Assembly (NCBI GenBank): GCA_026134085.1
Contig: JAOQIN010000005.1
Coordinates: forward strand, 9,489 to 73,488
Origin: Candidatus Methanoxibalbensis ujae
GTDB lineage: Archaea > Halobacteriota > Syntropharchaeia > Alkanophagales > Methanospirareceae
Reading direction: 5' to 3'
Length of the DNA: 64,000 nucleotides
Position 1 is the first letter of the stretch. Every line of letters begins with the position of its first letter. A program made the translations under genes and the position numbers. Of the stretch, positions 51,214-61,520 are shown piece by piece. The notes under the pieces were generated by a model. That model was not told the DNA's origin and ran no database searches. It saw nothing but the letters and a program-made list of their open reading frames with translations.

Positions 51214-52011
51214 TCACATCTGAGACGGGAATCTCCTGCAATCATCACGAAGAAGCTTCTCAATGAATTTCCTGCCCTCCTCCGTTTTGAACAGTGGAAG
51301 TTCCCAGAACTGCACGATTTTGAAGCGTTTTGTGACCACTTTCTCACCAGTCAGCGGGTTGTATCCATGCTTTTCATATGGAACTTTCGCCACCACTATG
51401 CCTCTTCTCTGCCATGCGGGTGTCTTGCTGAGGTTCACGCCTCTGCAAAACATAAATTCGTGTATCTTATCAGATTTCATGCCCTTCAATCGCGCTTGTG
51501 CATCACTTTCGCTCAATCCATCTTTTAAGAGTGTGTAAAATGCATATGCATTCATGTGATTGCGCCATGCTTCCGCCTGACGCTCCGCGAAATATCTTAT
51601 GATAATATCATGGCAAAGCGGGATAACACGGGCATCAAATGATATCGGCACTTTAAATCCGGATACAATCGTCAGCGCACTTGAAAGAAAGCCTGAAATC
51701 ACGGAATCAATCTTCTCAACACGACCATTGAATGGAATTTCATGAAAAAACAGATTTATCTCATCTGAGAACAGATATGCAAATTTCGGGTTGAACCCGC
51801 TTTCAGCAAAAAACATCTCAACAGTTTTCACCATTAATTCCGCAAATCTTCGGTCAAAAGGCTTGCTGAACCCCGCATCTCTCAACACACGCTTGAAGTT
51901 CCTGCCGTCTGCCCGGACAACAAGTGGCGGAATCGCCTTTATGTCCGCATATATTTCCCGCACACGCCAATCACTCGCCACTGCCCACCACTTCTCATCC
52001 TCGCCTATCAA
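51214..52011 (-). CDS. thg1: tRNA(His) guanylyltransferase / Thg1-like protein
   Basis: VRADGRNF, KPFD, FSDEI, FNGRVEK, FDAR, RQAEAWRN, PAWQRRG. Confidence 0.92.
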   Translation of the reverse strand: MIGEDEKWWAVASDWRVREIYADIKAIPPLVVRADGRNFKRVLRDAGFSKPFDRRFAELMVKTVEMFFAESGFNPKFAYLFSDEINLFFHEIPFNGRVEKIDSVISGFLSSALTIVSGFKVPISFDARVIPLCHDIIIRYFAERQAEAWRNHMNAYAFYTLLKDGLSESDAQARLKGMKSDKIHEFMFCRGVNLSKTPAWQRRGIVVAKVPYEKHGYNPLTGEKVVTKRFKIVQFWELPLFKTEEGRKFIEKLLRDDCRRFPSQM

Positions 52012-52184
52012 AATTCAGCGTCAATCTTCAGCGTCAATCTTCAGCGTCAATCATGCTCAGCCCCTCTTCTCCATTTCCTCTCGGCTATGATGATTGTGCG
52101 CATGATGATTGTGCATAAGCATAATGCATAGCGCGGCAGCGTGTGTGCTGTTGCAGTGTATGTGTGAGAGTCTATGAAATTACG

Positions 52185-52502
52185 TCACACGCGCTCATCA
52201 GTGACGCCTGTGGCTCCTTTCATCTCCGCTTTCCCCTCCTCGATCTCAGCAGCACTCCTACCGCCTCTGCGCCGCACATGTTTTATGAGAATGATGTCGC
52301 CAACGGCTGTTACCCAGCGGTAAGGTATGATAACGCCTCTCTTTTTTCCGATGTTGAAGAGGCTCGGGTTCACATTCCTGACTACGAGACCGGATATGCG
52401 CCTTTCACGAATGTCAATGCTCACATCCTCCAGCCTGCCGACATATACGCCTTTGTCCGTGTATAGCTCCTGCCCATATAATGATGAGAGCTCGATCTCC
52501 AT
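52185..52502 (-). CDS. PRC-barrel domain protein
   Basis: LYTDKGVYVGRLEDV, IIPYRWVTAVGDIILI. Confidence 0.9.
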   Translation of the reverse strand: MEIELSSLYGQELYTDKGVYVGRLEDVSIDIRERRISGLVVRNVNPSLFNIGKKRGVIIPYRWVTAVGDIILIKHVRRRGGRSAAEIEEGKAEMKGATGVTDERV

Positions 52503-52885
52503 ATTTTTTTGTAGAGATTCATATATTAAGTCAATTGCAGTAGGTCCTCCGAAACCTCAAATCTGTCATGGAAGGTGATGAAATGGAAAGATATCTCTCC
52601 GTCTAATTTGGGCTCCGTTCGCTCAACCACGACGGGGAAGGCATGAGCAACTTCACCCAACAGCGACGGCTGCGCTCCGCTGGTCAACTTCGTTCGCAAA
52701 CTTCGTATGAGTATGATGTTGAAATTCAGTTGTAATGGCTCATCAAATGCCGCTATTGAAATGAGCTGCATATTGCCCCATGCCACAGAGAGACTGTGAT
52801 CCCAGATCATTTCGCCTGATCCTGAAAACAAGTCTGGATCTCATGTCCCGGCGTGTCCGCAGAACGTGCGTAATGATATGTGTGT

Positions 52886-53872
52886 TCATTGTTTCAACCG
52901 CCTGATGAGCATCTCAACAATTCTCTCAGTGACATCAATTCCACATGCAATTTTTATACCTCTCGCTGATGGTGTTCCGTTTATTTCAAGCAGATACAGA
53001 TTGTCTGTGCTCTCTATAAGATCAACGCCTGCGAAGTCCGCACCTATGACTTCAGCAGCCTTTACAGCGATCTCGCCCATTTCGCTTGTGATGTCGCATT
53101 TCACGGGCATGCCTCCCACGCTGAGATTGCTCGCAACCTCATCACTGATTCCAGCGTGACGGACACGATATATCGCTGCAACAGCCTCTCCATCCACGAC
53201 GAACACGCGTATATCTCTTTTCATCGGATTTCGTATGAATTCCTGCAAATATATCACGCCACGCGCCGCAATGATGCGTTTTATCCTTCTTTCTGCCTCG
53301 CTAACTTCGGCTGCTTCACTCATCTCGGCTGCTTCACTCATCTCGGCTGCTTCGCTCACTTCAGATGTGCAAACGCATATTTTCTCAACGCCTTTTCCCT
53401 GATAACCGAATATGGGCTTTGCGACCGCAGCACCTCCGAATCTGCGAATGGCATCAAGCGCCACCTCAACACTTTTCGTGACGACTGTGCGAGGCACCGG
53501 AAGACTTGCATCTGCGAAAATGCGCATTGACATGAATTTGTCAGCAGCAATTTGAATTGCATTTGGCGTGTTCATCATCAGTTTCTGCTCTGAAAGAATG
53601 CGAAGCAGGTCATATCTGAATGCCGCTCCCTCGGTTCCTCCCTCATAAATGCCGCCTATGTCCCTCACAATGAACGCATCAAAATTGACGGAAAGTCTGT
53701 CCTCATTCAGAAGAGCAGTGACTGTTCTTTTGTCTCCGTGCTGCGATGAGATTTCAGCACTGATTTCTGACATGTCTATCGGAAACGCATTTGCTCCCCT
53801 TTTCCGAATGTTTCTCATCAGTGCATTCGCAGTCCAGTCCCCCCTCTCCTTCAAAATAACTCCAATATTCAT
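52886..53872 (-). CDS. RimK-family ATP-grasp ligase, probably tetrahydromethanopterin:alpha-L-glutamate ligase (MptN-like)
   Basis: DAFIVRDIG..EGAAFRYDLLR, DK, KPIFGYQGKG, YLQEFI, DIRVFVV, SNLSVGG, LEINGTP. Confidence 0.8.
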   Translation of the reverse strand: MNIGVILKERGDWTANALMRNIRKRGANAFPIDMSEISAEISSQHGDKRTVTALLNEDRLSVNFDAFIVRDIGGIYEGGTEGAAFRYDLLRILSEQKLMMNTPNAIQIAADKFMSMRIFADASLPVPRTVVTKSVEVALDAIRRFGGAAVAKPIFGYQGKGVEKICVCTSEVSEAAEMSEAAEMSEAAEVSEAERRIKRIIAARGVIYLQEFIRNPMKRDIRVFVVDGEAVAAIYRVRHAGISDEVASNLSVGGMPVKCDITSEMGEIAVKAAEVIGADFAGVDLIESTDNLYLLEINGTPSARGIKIACGIDVTERIVEMLIRRLKQ

Positions 53873-54185
53873 CTGATTGATTTTTGTTTATTTTTCGTTT
53901 ATTTTTTGTTATTATTATTTATTTGTATTTTATTGTTTTATTAGAAAAAAGCAGCAGCAGTGATGGCAAAGGTGAATGCAATGCTTTTTCACAGCGCAGG
54001 GAGAAGTAAACCACTTCCGTTCTGGAATGGTTTCTCATGATGGCTCATGATGGCAGGACGAAGTGAAAAGGAAAATTGGTTGTATGTGTTTGTGAGTGAG
54101 TGTTTGTGTGTTTGTGTGTTTATGTGTTGTGTTTGTGTTTGTGTTTATGAATATGAGTAAGAGTATGAGTGTATGTGAGGCGCAG

Positions 54186-55463
54186 TCAGCTTCTTGGATC
54201 TGTTATCTTTCCATTGATGGCGGATGCTGCTGCAGTTTCAACGCTTGAGAGGTATATGGATGCGTTGTTGTTGCCCATTCTTCCTTTGAAGTTGCGGTTT
54301 TGGGTGGATAGTGCGACCTCGCCGTCTGCGAGTGCGAATGTTCTGCCTATGCAGAATGAGCATGATGGCGTCAGGATGGACGCGCCTGCGTTTATGAAAA
54401 TATCAATGAGTCCCTCAGAGATCGCCTGATTCAGGACTCTGCGAGACGCCGGACAGACGAGAAGCCTCACATTCCGCGCAACACACTTTCCCTTCAGTAT
54501 TCTCGCAGCTTTACGAAGGTCATCAATTCGTCCGTTCGTGCAGGAGCCTATGCAGACGACATCTATCTCAGTTCCCTCGCACTCTGACACACTTTTCACA
54601 TTTGAGACCCTGTGAGGGCATGCGACCATGGGCTCGACATTTTCCGCCTCTATTTCTATCTCATCTGCGTAGTGCGCGTTTTTATCGGGCTCAACAGGTC
54701 TGAACTCATGTGCCCTCCGCTGTTCTCTCAGAAAATTCAACGTATGCTCATCGGATATGCACAAACCGCATTTTGCACCAACCTCAACAGCCATGTTTGA
54801 GAGAGTGGCACGCTCTGAAACATTCATCGCATCAATCGCTGAGCCCACAAACTCAACGCTCATGTATGTTGCGCCGTCCTCGCCTATCTCGCCTATGAGA
54901 TGCAGAAACACATCTTTTGATGACACGAATTCATTCAGGCAGCCTGACACATTCACCTTCATGCTCTCAGGCACTTTCACCCATGTCCTGCCGAATGCGA
55001 GTATCGCAGCCACATCCGTTGAGCCCATGCCAGTTGCAAATGCAGCAACTGCACCGTGAGTTGTTGAGTGTGAATCCGCTCCTATTATTATTTTGAAAGG
55101 TGCTGAAAATCGCTCAAGCACAATCTGATGGCATATTCCATCTCCGTTCTCGTGGAAAGCAATGGACCTGTCATATGCAAATCTGCGCATCATCGCATGT
55201 ATGTTCGCAACTCGCTCGCTCGGAGGAGGAACTGCATGATCACAGACAGCAACAACCTTTGATGCGTCAAACACATCACGACGATTCATCTTCTCCATCT
55301 GCTCAATCGCCATCGGCATCGTCCCATCATGCGCAAACACAAGATCAACAGGCAATATCACTATATCTCCCGCATTAACATCACGATGAAGACGCTCGCT
55401 CAATATTTTCTCAACAAGTGTCTTCTCTCCGTCCCCACTTCCCTCGCTGCTCATGTCACACAC
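54186..55463 (-). CDS. Homoaconitase / 3-isopropylmalate dehydratase large subunit (HacA/LeuC family)
   Basis: HDGT, DH, GICHQ, GADSHS, IGSCTNGR, CSFC, STQNRNFKGRMG. Confidence 0.92.
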   Translation of the reverse strand: MCDMSSEGSGDGEKTLVEKILSERLHRDVNAGDIVILPVDLVFAHDGTMPMAIEQMEKMNRRDVFDASKVVAVCDHAVPPPSERVANIHAMMRRFAYDRSIAFHENGDGICHQIVLERFSAPFKIIIGADSHSTTHGAVAAFATGMGSTDVAAILAFGRTWVKVPESMKVNVSGCLNEFVSSKDVFLHLIGEIGEDGATYMSVEFVGSAIDAMNVSERATLSNMAVEVGAKCGLCISDEHTLNFLREQRRAHEFRPVEPDKNAHYADEIEIEAENVEPMVACPHRVSNVKSVSECEGTEIDVVCIGSCTNGRIDDLRKAARILKGKCVARNVRLLVCPASRRVLNQAISEGLIDIFINAGASILTPSCSFCIGRTFALADGEVALSTQNRNFKGRMGNNNASIYLSSVETAAASAINGKITDPRS

Positions 55464-55556
55464 CTCTCAATATCTCATTCTCCCATTCGCATATGCAGGC
55501 GTATGCCCGTTGCATAAAATATGATCATCCGATCTCCTTCTCATCTCTCATCTCTC

Positions 55557-56249
55557 TCATCTCTCATCTGTCACAGTGTCAGCATACTCCGCGGGATCCT
55601 CAAAACCAGCCTCTCTGAACGCTTTTCTGCGACGCACGCAACTCTCACACACACCACAATGCTTCTCTCCTCCTTTATAGCATGAATATGTGAGATGAAG
55701 AGGAGCGTTGATCTCAAATCCAATCTTCACTATCTCCGGCTTTCTCAGTTTAACGAGAGGAGCAACAACCTTCGGCGGAATTGAGCGCGAAGAAACAGCT
55801 TTTTCAACCATAAAATTGAAGCGATTCACAAAATCCTCGGTGTTATCAGGATAAGATAATGCTTCTTCCGCATTAAATCCCGTGAAAATTGTGTCTGCTC
55901 CAATTACCTCTGCATAGGCACATGCGTGCGCAAGGATAATGAGATTTCTGCACGGAACCCATGTGATCGGAGTCTCTTTTTCTGATATTGATGATATTGA
56001 GGCGGGAATCTCAATTTGACGGGATGTGAGTGCTGAACCTCCCAGCACCTTGAGAAAAGGTATCTCGGCAATTTTCAGGGAGGCGTTGAGATATTCTGCA
56101 ATTTTCTCGACGGATGCACGCTCTCTCTCCTCCGATTTCTGGCCGTAAGATGCGTGAAATATGTAGATCTCATATGATTTTGATGCTATTGTTGCTGCAA
56201 CAGTGGAGTCAAGACCTCCTGAACACACACATATCGCCTTCTTATGCAT
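55557..56249 (-). CDS. queC: 7-cyano-7-deazaguanine synthase
   Basis: SGGLDS, YGQ, TWVPCRN, YPD, TYSCY..HCGVCESC. Confidence 0.95.
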   Translation of the reverse strand: MHKKAICVCSGGLDSTVAATIASKSYEIYIFHASYGQKSEERERASVEKIAEYLNASLKIAEIPFLKVLGGSALTSRQIEIPASISSISEKETPITWVPCRNLIILAHACAYAEVIGADTIFTGFNAEEALSYPDNTEDFVNRFNFMVEKAVSSRSIPPKVVAPLVKLRKPEIVKIGFEINAPLHLTYSCYKGGEKHCGVCESCVRRRKAFREAGFEDPAEYADTVTDER

Positions 56250-56481
56250 TTTTCCTTCCCTCTTTCTTTTTTCTCCTTCTCTCGCCCGCTCCTTCTCTCG
56301 CCCGCTCACCATGCTCAGCATCAACTTGGAGGGATCATTTCACACAGACACTTCTTCCCTCTTTTATTTTTTTCTGAGCCGAGATGCACTGGCTGAGATG
56401 CACTGTGCGGATGAGGCGGAGAAGTGCGGATGAGGGCGGAGAAGTGCGGATGAGGACAGAGAGGAAAAAAGTGAATGAGCC

Positions 56482-58185
56482 TCAATGAGTGAAATAAGCG
56501 ATTATGATCCGCTCATTGTCGCATTCGCACGAATCAATGCGAACGAAACCGTAGCGCTCAAACTGCACTACATTTCCGACTTCAGATGCGATAAGAGGTT
56601 CTCCAAGACCCTCATCAACGCTTCCATCTGGTTTCTTAACACGCACATTCACGCAGTCCGTGGGCGCCCAGTGTATGATCATGCGCCTTGCCTCACTCGC
56701 CGCGCTGCTGTGTTGATTGCAGGGTGATGCAAGGAGAGGCTGAAGAGATGTGATCTCAACATCGCAGAGGAACTTCAATCTTATATGCATGCCTATTTTT
56801 AGCTTTTTGAAGTCGCTATCAGATATGTAAACGACATTTTTTGTCTTTATTTCACGGAATTCATTTCTTGATGGGTGTTTTTGTGCCTTCACAACAGTTT
56901 CATCAAAACCTTTTATCAGCATTTTATGAGGATTATGCACAAAGAAGTAGCGATTTGCAATCGGATCAATTATCTTACGATTTTCAGCATACAAATTTTG
57001 CATGCTCACTGAAATGTCAACATTTGATATACCCATAGAAAGAAAGAATCTGCGGATGGACTCGGGATGGAATCCTCTTTTACGCAGTGCTCTCAATGTT
57101 GGCAGTCTTGGGTCGTCCCAGCCTTCAAACTCACCGCGCTCTATCCTTTTGCGGAGTTCAGATGTGCTGAATTTTCCGAACTCAAAAACCTTTATCTTTC
57201 CCCAGAGTATTGTGACGGGATATTTCCAGCCGAGATGCTTGTATATGAAGCGCTGTCTCCCCTCCGATTTCTGGAGGTCTTTTCCCCGTATTATGTGAGA
57301 GATTCCGAGAATGTGATCCTCAATTGCTGATTCAAAGTCAAGTGTCGGCCACACAATATACCTTTCGCCGACCCTCGGGTGCTCCTTCATAAGTATTCTG
57401 AAGGCCACCCAGTCTCGCATCGCGGGATCATCATGTTGAATATCCGTTTTTATGCGGAGCACAGCCTCCCCTTCGCCGTAATATCCGGAGAGCATGCGCT
57501 CCCATCTCTCAAGATTATCCTCAACGCTCGCATCACGATGCTCACATGGGCGCTTGGCATCTTTCAAACGCTTGAACTCCTCACGAGCACACATGCACAC
57601 ATAAGCAGCGCCTTTTCGTATGAGAATCTCAGCATGTTCATAATACAGAGGAATGCGTTCTGACGCAACAATGACTTTGTCAGGCTTCGCACCGAGCCAC
57701 TCGCAGTCCTCAATATACCATTCATACGCCTCAGGCAGCGGTCTCTTCAGGGCTGGATCTGTGTCGTCAAAGCGCAGTATGAAACTCCCGTCATACATGT
57801 GTGCATATTCAGCATTCACAACGATTCCGCGAGCACTGCCGAGCGTTGCTGCTCCGTTTGGATTCGGCGCAAAACGCATGCATACATTCCCTCTCTCCGC
57901 TCCCGGCAGAGGTGGCAGCCCCCTCTCCTCCTTCTCCTCTCCCGCCTTCCGCTCATCGCTCGGTGCTTCAGGTGCAACCTGCTTCAACCGCTCCCTGCGC
58001 TCCTCATCGCTCATCTCAGCCACTTCCCTGACAACTTCCCTCACAACTTCCCGCAGCTCCCTCGCTCTCTCTCCCCTCCACTCAGGATGCTCCGCAAGCA
58101 CACGCTTCATTACCGCTTTTTCATCAGGCTTTCCGTGGATAATGGCGTTCTCCAACGCGTGCTTCAACGCTTCCTCTCGCATCAC
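56482..58185 (-). CDS. gltX: Glutamyl-tRNA synthetase (archaeal type)
   Basis: MRFAPNPNG, LRFDDTDP, IIRGKD, GWDDPRLPT, QFERYGF. Confidence 0.96.
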   Translation of the reverse strand: MMREEALKHALENAIIHGKPDEKAVMKRVLAEHPEWRGERARELREVVREVVREVAEMSDEERRERLKQVAPEAPSDERKAGEEKEERGLPPLPGAERGNVCMRFAPNPNGAATLGSARGIVVNAEYAHMYDGSFILRFDDTDPALKRPLPEAYEWYIEDCEWLGAKPDKVIVASERIPLYYEHAEILIRKGAAYVCMCAREEFKRLKDAKRPCEHRDASVEDNLERWERMLSGYYGEGEAVLRIKTDIQHDDPAMRDWVAFRILMKEHPRVGERYIVWPTLDFESAIEDHILGISHIIRGKDLQKSEGRQRFIYKHLGWKYPVTILWGKIKVFEFGKFSTSELRKRIERGEFEGWDDPRLPTLRALRKRGFHPESIRRFFLSMGISNVDISVSMQNLYAENRKIIDPIANRYFFVHNPHKMLIKGFDETVVKAQKHPSRNEFREIKTKNVVYISDSDFKKLKIGMHIRLKFLCDVEITSLQPLLASPCNQHSSAASEARRMIIHWAPTDCVNVRVKKPDGSVDEGLGEPLIASEVGNVVQFERYGFVRIDSCECDNERIIIAYFTH

Positions 58186-58316
58186 ACCACCTCCGCAAAA
58201 TCTTGACGAAAAAATGCTCTCTCACTTAGCTTATGATGCGCAAAGCAAGCGCTCTCGCTGCAACAGCAACGAAAACAGCGACGACGCTGAAATTTAAAAA
58301 ATTTATGTATAATGCG

Positions 58317-60257
58317 TTATATCGTTATATTATTACGCTTTTCCTCAATTACTTTCTCTATCATCTCCGCAGCCTTCACGGGGTCATCCTCAACAAGCAC
58401 TTTCCCTCCTGTCAGCTGTTCAACATCCTCTGTCAGCAGTTTAACTGCATCTTCACTGCCTGTTACAGGAGGAACAGGTGAGACATGTGTGGCAAGACCG
58501 AAAGCGACAGCAAATATCGCATCTACTGTTGCCTTCTGTTCCATGTATTCGGGTGCAGTCACAGCAACTGGAAGTTCAGATGTGTCAACATTCAGCGCAT
58601 CTGCTATTATCCTGACGAGATATGCGCATCTTCCGGTGTCCGTGCATGTGCCGAAGCTCAGCACAGGCGGGATCCCAAGTGCGTTGCATACAGCCTTCAA
58701 TCCATCTCCCGCAAGCTCAATTGCATCCATCGATGTCAATCCTGCGACCTGAAGTGCGGCGTTTCCGCAGCCCATCGCGAGAACAAGCATATTTCTTTTT
58801 ATGAGCTCCTTCGCAATGGCAACTGTGTTGGCATCGTGCGGTCCGTTTTTGAGCGTTGTGCAGCTTACGAGTGCAACGATTCCCTTTATATCACCTCGCT
58901 TCACGGCATCAAGCAGCACATTCAAATCGCCGCCGAGTGCGTTCATGATTGCCTCCGGAGAAAAACCGACAACTGTTCTCCTTTTGATATTGCTCCTGAT
59001 ATAACTGCTTCCGATATCAGCAGAATTGCTTCCGATATCAGCAGTGCCGCGCTCTCTGAAGTTTTCAATTGCAATATCAATTATTTTTGATGCGATTTCG
59101 TCCACATTTTCTATGTTGTAGTCAAGTCCCTCCGACACACCTCTGAATCTGACAAGCTCGCTCACCGGTATCAGTCTGAAATGATATCGCCGTGCATATT
59201 CGGGGAGCGAAGGCAATGCGCAGTTCATATCAGCAGCGAACACATCAATGCATCCTGATGCGAGTGCGAACTCCTGAACTATCCAGTTTCCAACAATGCC
59301 CGAGAGTGCACTGCTGTCGTAGCGCTGTATGAGCTCCTGACCGGTCTCAATGAACCCTATAATGCGCAATCCACGAGCGCCTGCTTCCCTGACTCTCTCC
59401 TGAATTTCCCTGCTCTCAGCGAGTTTTATGAGCGCGGCGCCGACGAATGGCTCGTGACCGTCAACTGCAATGTTCACATAATCACAGTCAATAATGCCAA
59501 TGTCAGCATCCGTTTCATGTGGTTGAGGTGTGCCGAAGAGGATATCCTGAATGAACTCAAGCGCGATCTGCGCGGAAAAGCATGTTGCAATGCTCATTCG
59601 CATGCTCTTCTTCGCAAGCGATATGTAATTTGAGTCGACATTTGTCATCGCTGATGTGCCAACAACGAGTATTTCATGAAAAACGCCGGCAGGAAATATT
59701 TTGAGCGAGCGCCATATTTTCTTTCGTTTTTCAGGTGCGAATATCTCAACTATTTTGCTTGGCTCATGCGTGCTCAGATCCTCCATGACGAAATCTGCAA
59801 CCTTCACAGCGAGCTCATTCAGGTCGTCACCTTCAATCCCAAGCTGCGATGCGAACCATCTCAGCTTCTCAGCGTCTTTTATCTCGTAGGGGGTCTTTCC
59901 CTCCGCTGTTGCTCTGAGCGTTCTCGCTGCTTCAACGGCGTGATAGGCATATGCTGCGGTTCCAAGCATGTTCTTGAGAACGAAATTCCTGATGACCATA
60001 CCAGCGGCATCAATGCCACAGGCACCATACTGGTTCTTCTCCGTTATCCTGCAGGGTCCCATGCTGCAGAGCTGGCAGCTCAGACCCCTCGTGCAGAAAT
60101 GGCATCTCGTCCCCTGCGCATTAAATCTGTCAACAATGTTCGTCACTCCAGCAGCGTGAACCTGCCTGTACGCTGCGTTTATGCTCACATGCTCGCTCAC
60201 ATGCTCATCCTCATGATCATGAGGATCATGACCTGCCTCTCCGCTCATGCGCTTCAT
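58317..60257 (-). CDS. cooS: CooS-family (Ni,Fe-CODH/HCP superfamily) protein with non-canonical C-cluster ligands
   Basis: CHFC..GLSCQLCSMGPC, DGHEP, GFIETGQE, DMNC, VSCT, GCG, FGTCTDTGR, EYMEQKA. Confidence 0.88.
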   Translation of the reverse strand: MKRMSGEAGHDPHDHEDEHVSEHVSINAAYRQVHAAGVTNIVDRFNAQGTRCHFCTRGLSCQLCSMGPCRITEKNQYGACGIDAAGMVIRNFVLKNMLGTAAYAYHAVEAARTLRATAEGKTPYEIKDAEKLRWFASQLGIEGDDLNELAVKVADFVMEDLSTHEPSKIVEIFAPEKRKKIWRSLKIFPAGVFHEILVVGTSAMTNVDSNYISLAKKSMRMSIATCFSAQIALEFIQDILFGTPQPHETDADIGIIDCDYVNIAVDGHEPFVGAALIKLAESREIQERVREAGARGLRIIGFIETGQELIQRYDSSALSGIVGNWIVQEFALASGCIDVFAADMNCALPSLPEYARRYHFRLIPVSELVRFRGVSEGLDYNIENVDEIASKIIDIAIENFRERGTADIGSNSADIGSSYIRSNIKRRTVVGFSPEAIMNALGGDLNVLLDAVKRGDIKGIVALVSCTTLKNGPHDANTVAIAKELIKRNMLVLAMGCGNAALQVAGLTSMDAIELAGDGLKAVCNALGIPPVLSFGTCTDTGRCAYLVRIIADALNVDTSELPVAVTAPEYMEQKATVDAIFAVAFGLATHVSPVPPVTGSEDAVKLLTEDVEQLTGGKVLVEDDPVKAAEMIEKVIEEKRNNITI

Positions 60258-60356
60258 GTATATGCGCTCGTCCGCATCTGACTTAAAACAATCCCCTCAC
60301 AAACTCATTTGTTGAAAGACTCGCGGAAAGACTCGCTCATGCTTACTCACGCGCTC

Positions 60357-61196
60357 TTATTTCCCATCCTCATCTTTTTCATCTTTTTTGAATACAGTTG
60401 GAATTCTCTTCGCAGATATCTGAGGCGTTTTTCGCAGTTCAATGGCGTGATCGGAGAACCAAAGAGTGCCTTTTGAGAAAACTGTTGATATTGACTGCTG
60501 CTTGCGCCAGAATGTCGCATGCCTGAACTTCCGCAACACTTCTTCAAATTTCTCACGGATCATCTCTGTATCCTGCTCACTGACGCTCCTATCATGTAGA
60601 GCCTCATACAAACTGTTCACAGTCTTGAAGAGATCAATCAATTCCTCATCCTCCGTGTAATAGCTTGCGAGCTTCCGCAGCTCCTCCCTGACTTCCCCCA
60701 ATTTCTTCATGCAGATATCAAAATTATCTTTCAGACACACCTCGCATCCACTTAATTCCCGTTCAATTCTGTCAAGCGTCCAGCCACTTGCGAGTATTTT
60801 GACCCTGGGGTATATATATTTCACACATTCTGGCATTCTCGTCAGCACATTACGCACTGATACAATACCGACTGGAACACCTTCGTCAACGACTGGCAGC
60901 CTTTTGATATTTTTCTCGGCGAATATCCTGCATGCCTCTTCAACAGGGGAATCAGGGCTTATCGTTATAAGTGGCGTGCTCATAATGTCCCTGGCTGACA
61001 CCTCGCTCGCCTTTTTCTCCTTCAAAATGACTTTCAGCGCGATGTCGCGCTCGGTGATTATGCCAACTGGCTCGCCTCTTCGTGTGATAACAACACTACC
61101 TATGCCCAGTTCAGCCATTTCTTTTACTATCCTGTCCACTGGAGTGTTCTCATCTTCCGTTATAACAGGTCGTGTCATCACATCCCGAACCTTCAT
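60357..61196 (-). CDS. CBS-domain pair protein with helical C-terminal extension
   Basis: VRDVMTRPVIT..IGSVVI..GIITERDI; DIMSTPLITI..IKRLPVV. Confidence 0.88.
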   Translation of the reverse strand: MKVRDVMTRPVITEDENTPVDRIVKEMAELGIGSVVITRRGEPVGIITERDIALKVILKEKKASEVSARDIMSTPLITISPDSPVEEACRIFAEKNIKRLPVVDEGVPVGIVSVRNVLTRMPECVKYIYPRVKILASGWTLDRIERELSGCEVCLKDNFDICMKKLGEVREELRKLASYYTEDEELIDLFKTVNSLYEALHDRSVSEQDTEMIREKFEEVLRKFRHATFWRKQQSISTVFSKGTLWFSDHAIELRKTPQISAKRIPTVFKKDEKDEDGK

Positions 61197-61520
61197 CTTC
61201 TATCACATTCCCTTTACCAATCTTCTCTGTTAAACCCCACTGTCTGATCTTAAACCGCCACACACAACACTGCATGTCTCAGTTTCACTCCGCTGAGCTG
61301 GTGCGTTGGGTATTTTCCCGTTGCCTGCATCCGAAAGCGAGCTATATGGTGGTGGGTGGGTCAGGTTTAGCTATTAAAAATATAAAAATACATCGCCAAG
61401 AAAAAAAAATGCGACAAGAAAACAAAATTGGAACATTCGCTCCTCACTCTACCTCAAGGGCTACTTCGGATGAATACACCTCACAAACCTGTCTGCTGTG
61501 CAGCCACCTCCTCACGAAGC

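Noticed and set aside
51214..52011. Pyrrolysine read-through in Thg1, as known in some Methanosarcina
   Set aside because: The ORF is uninterrupted, with no in-frame TAG
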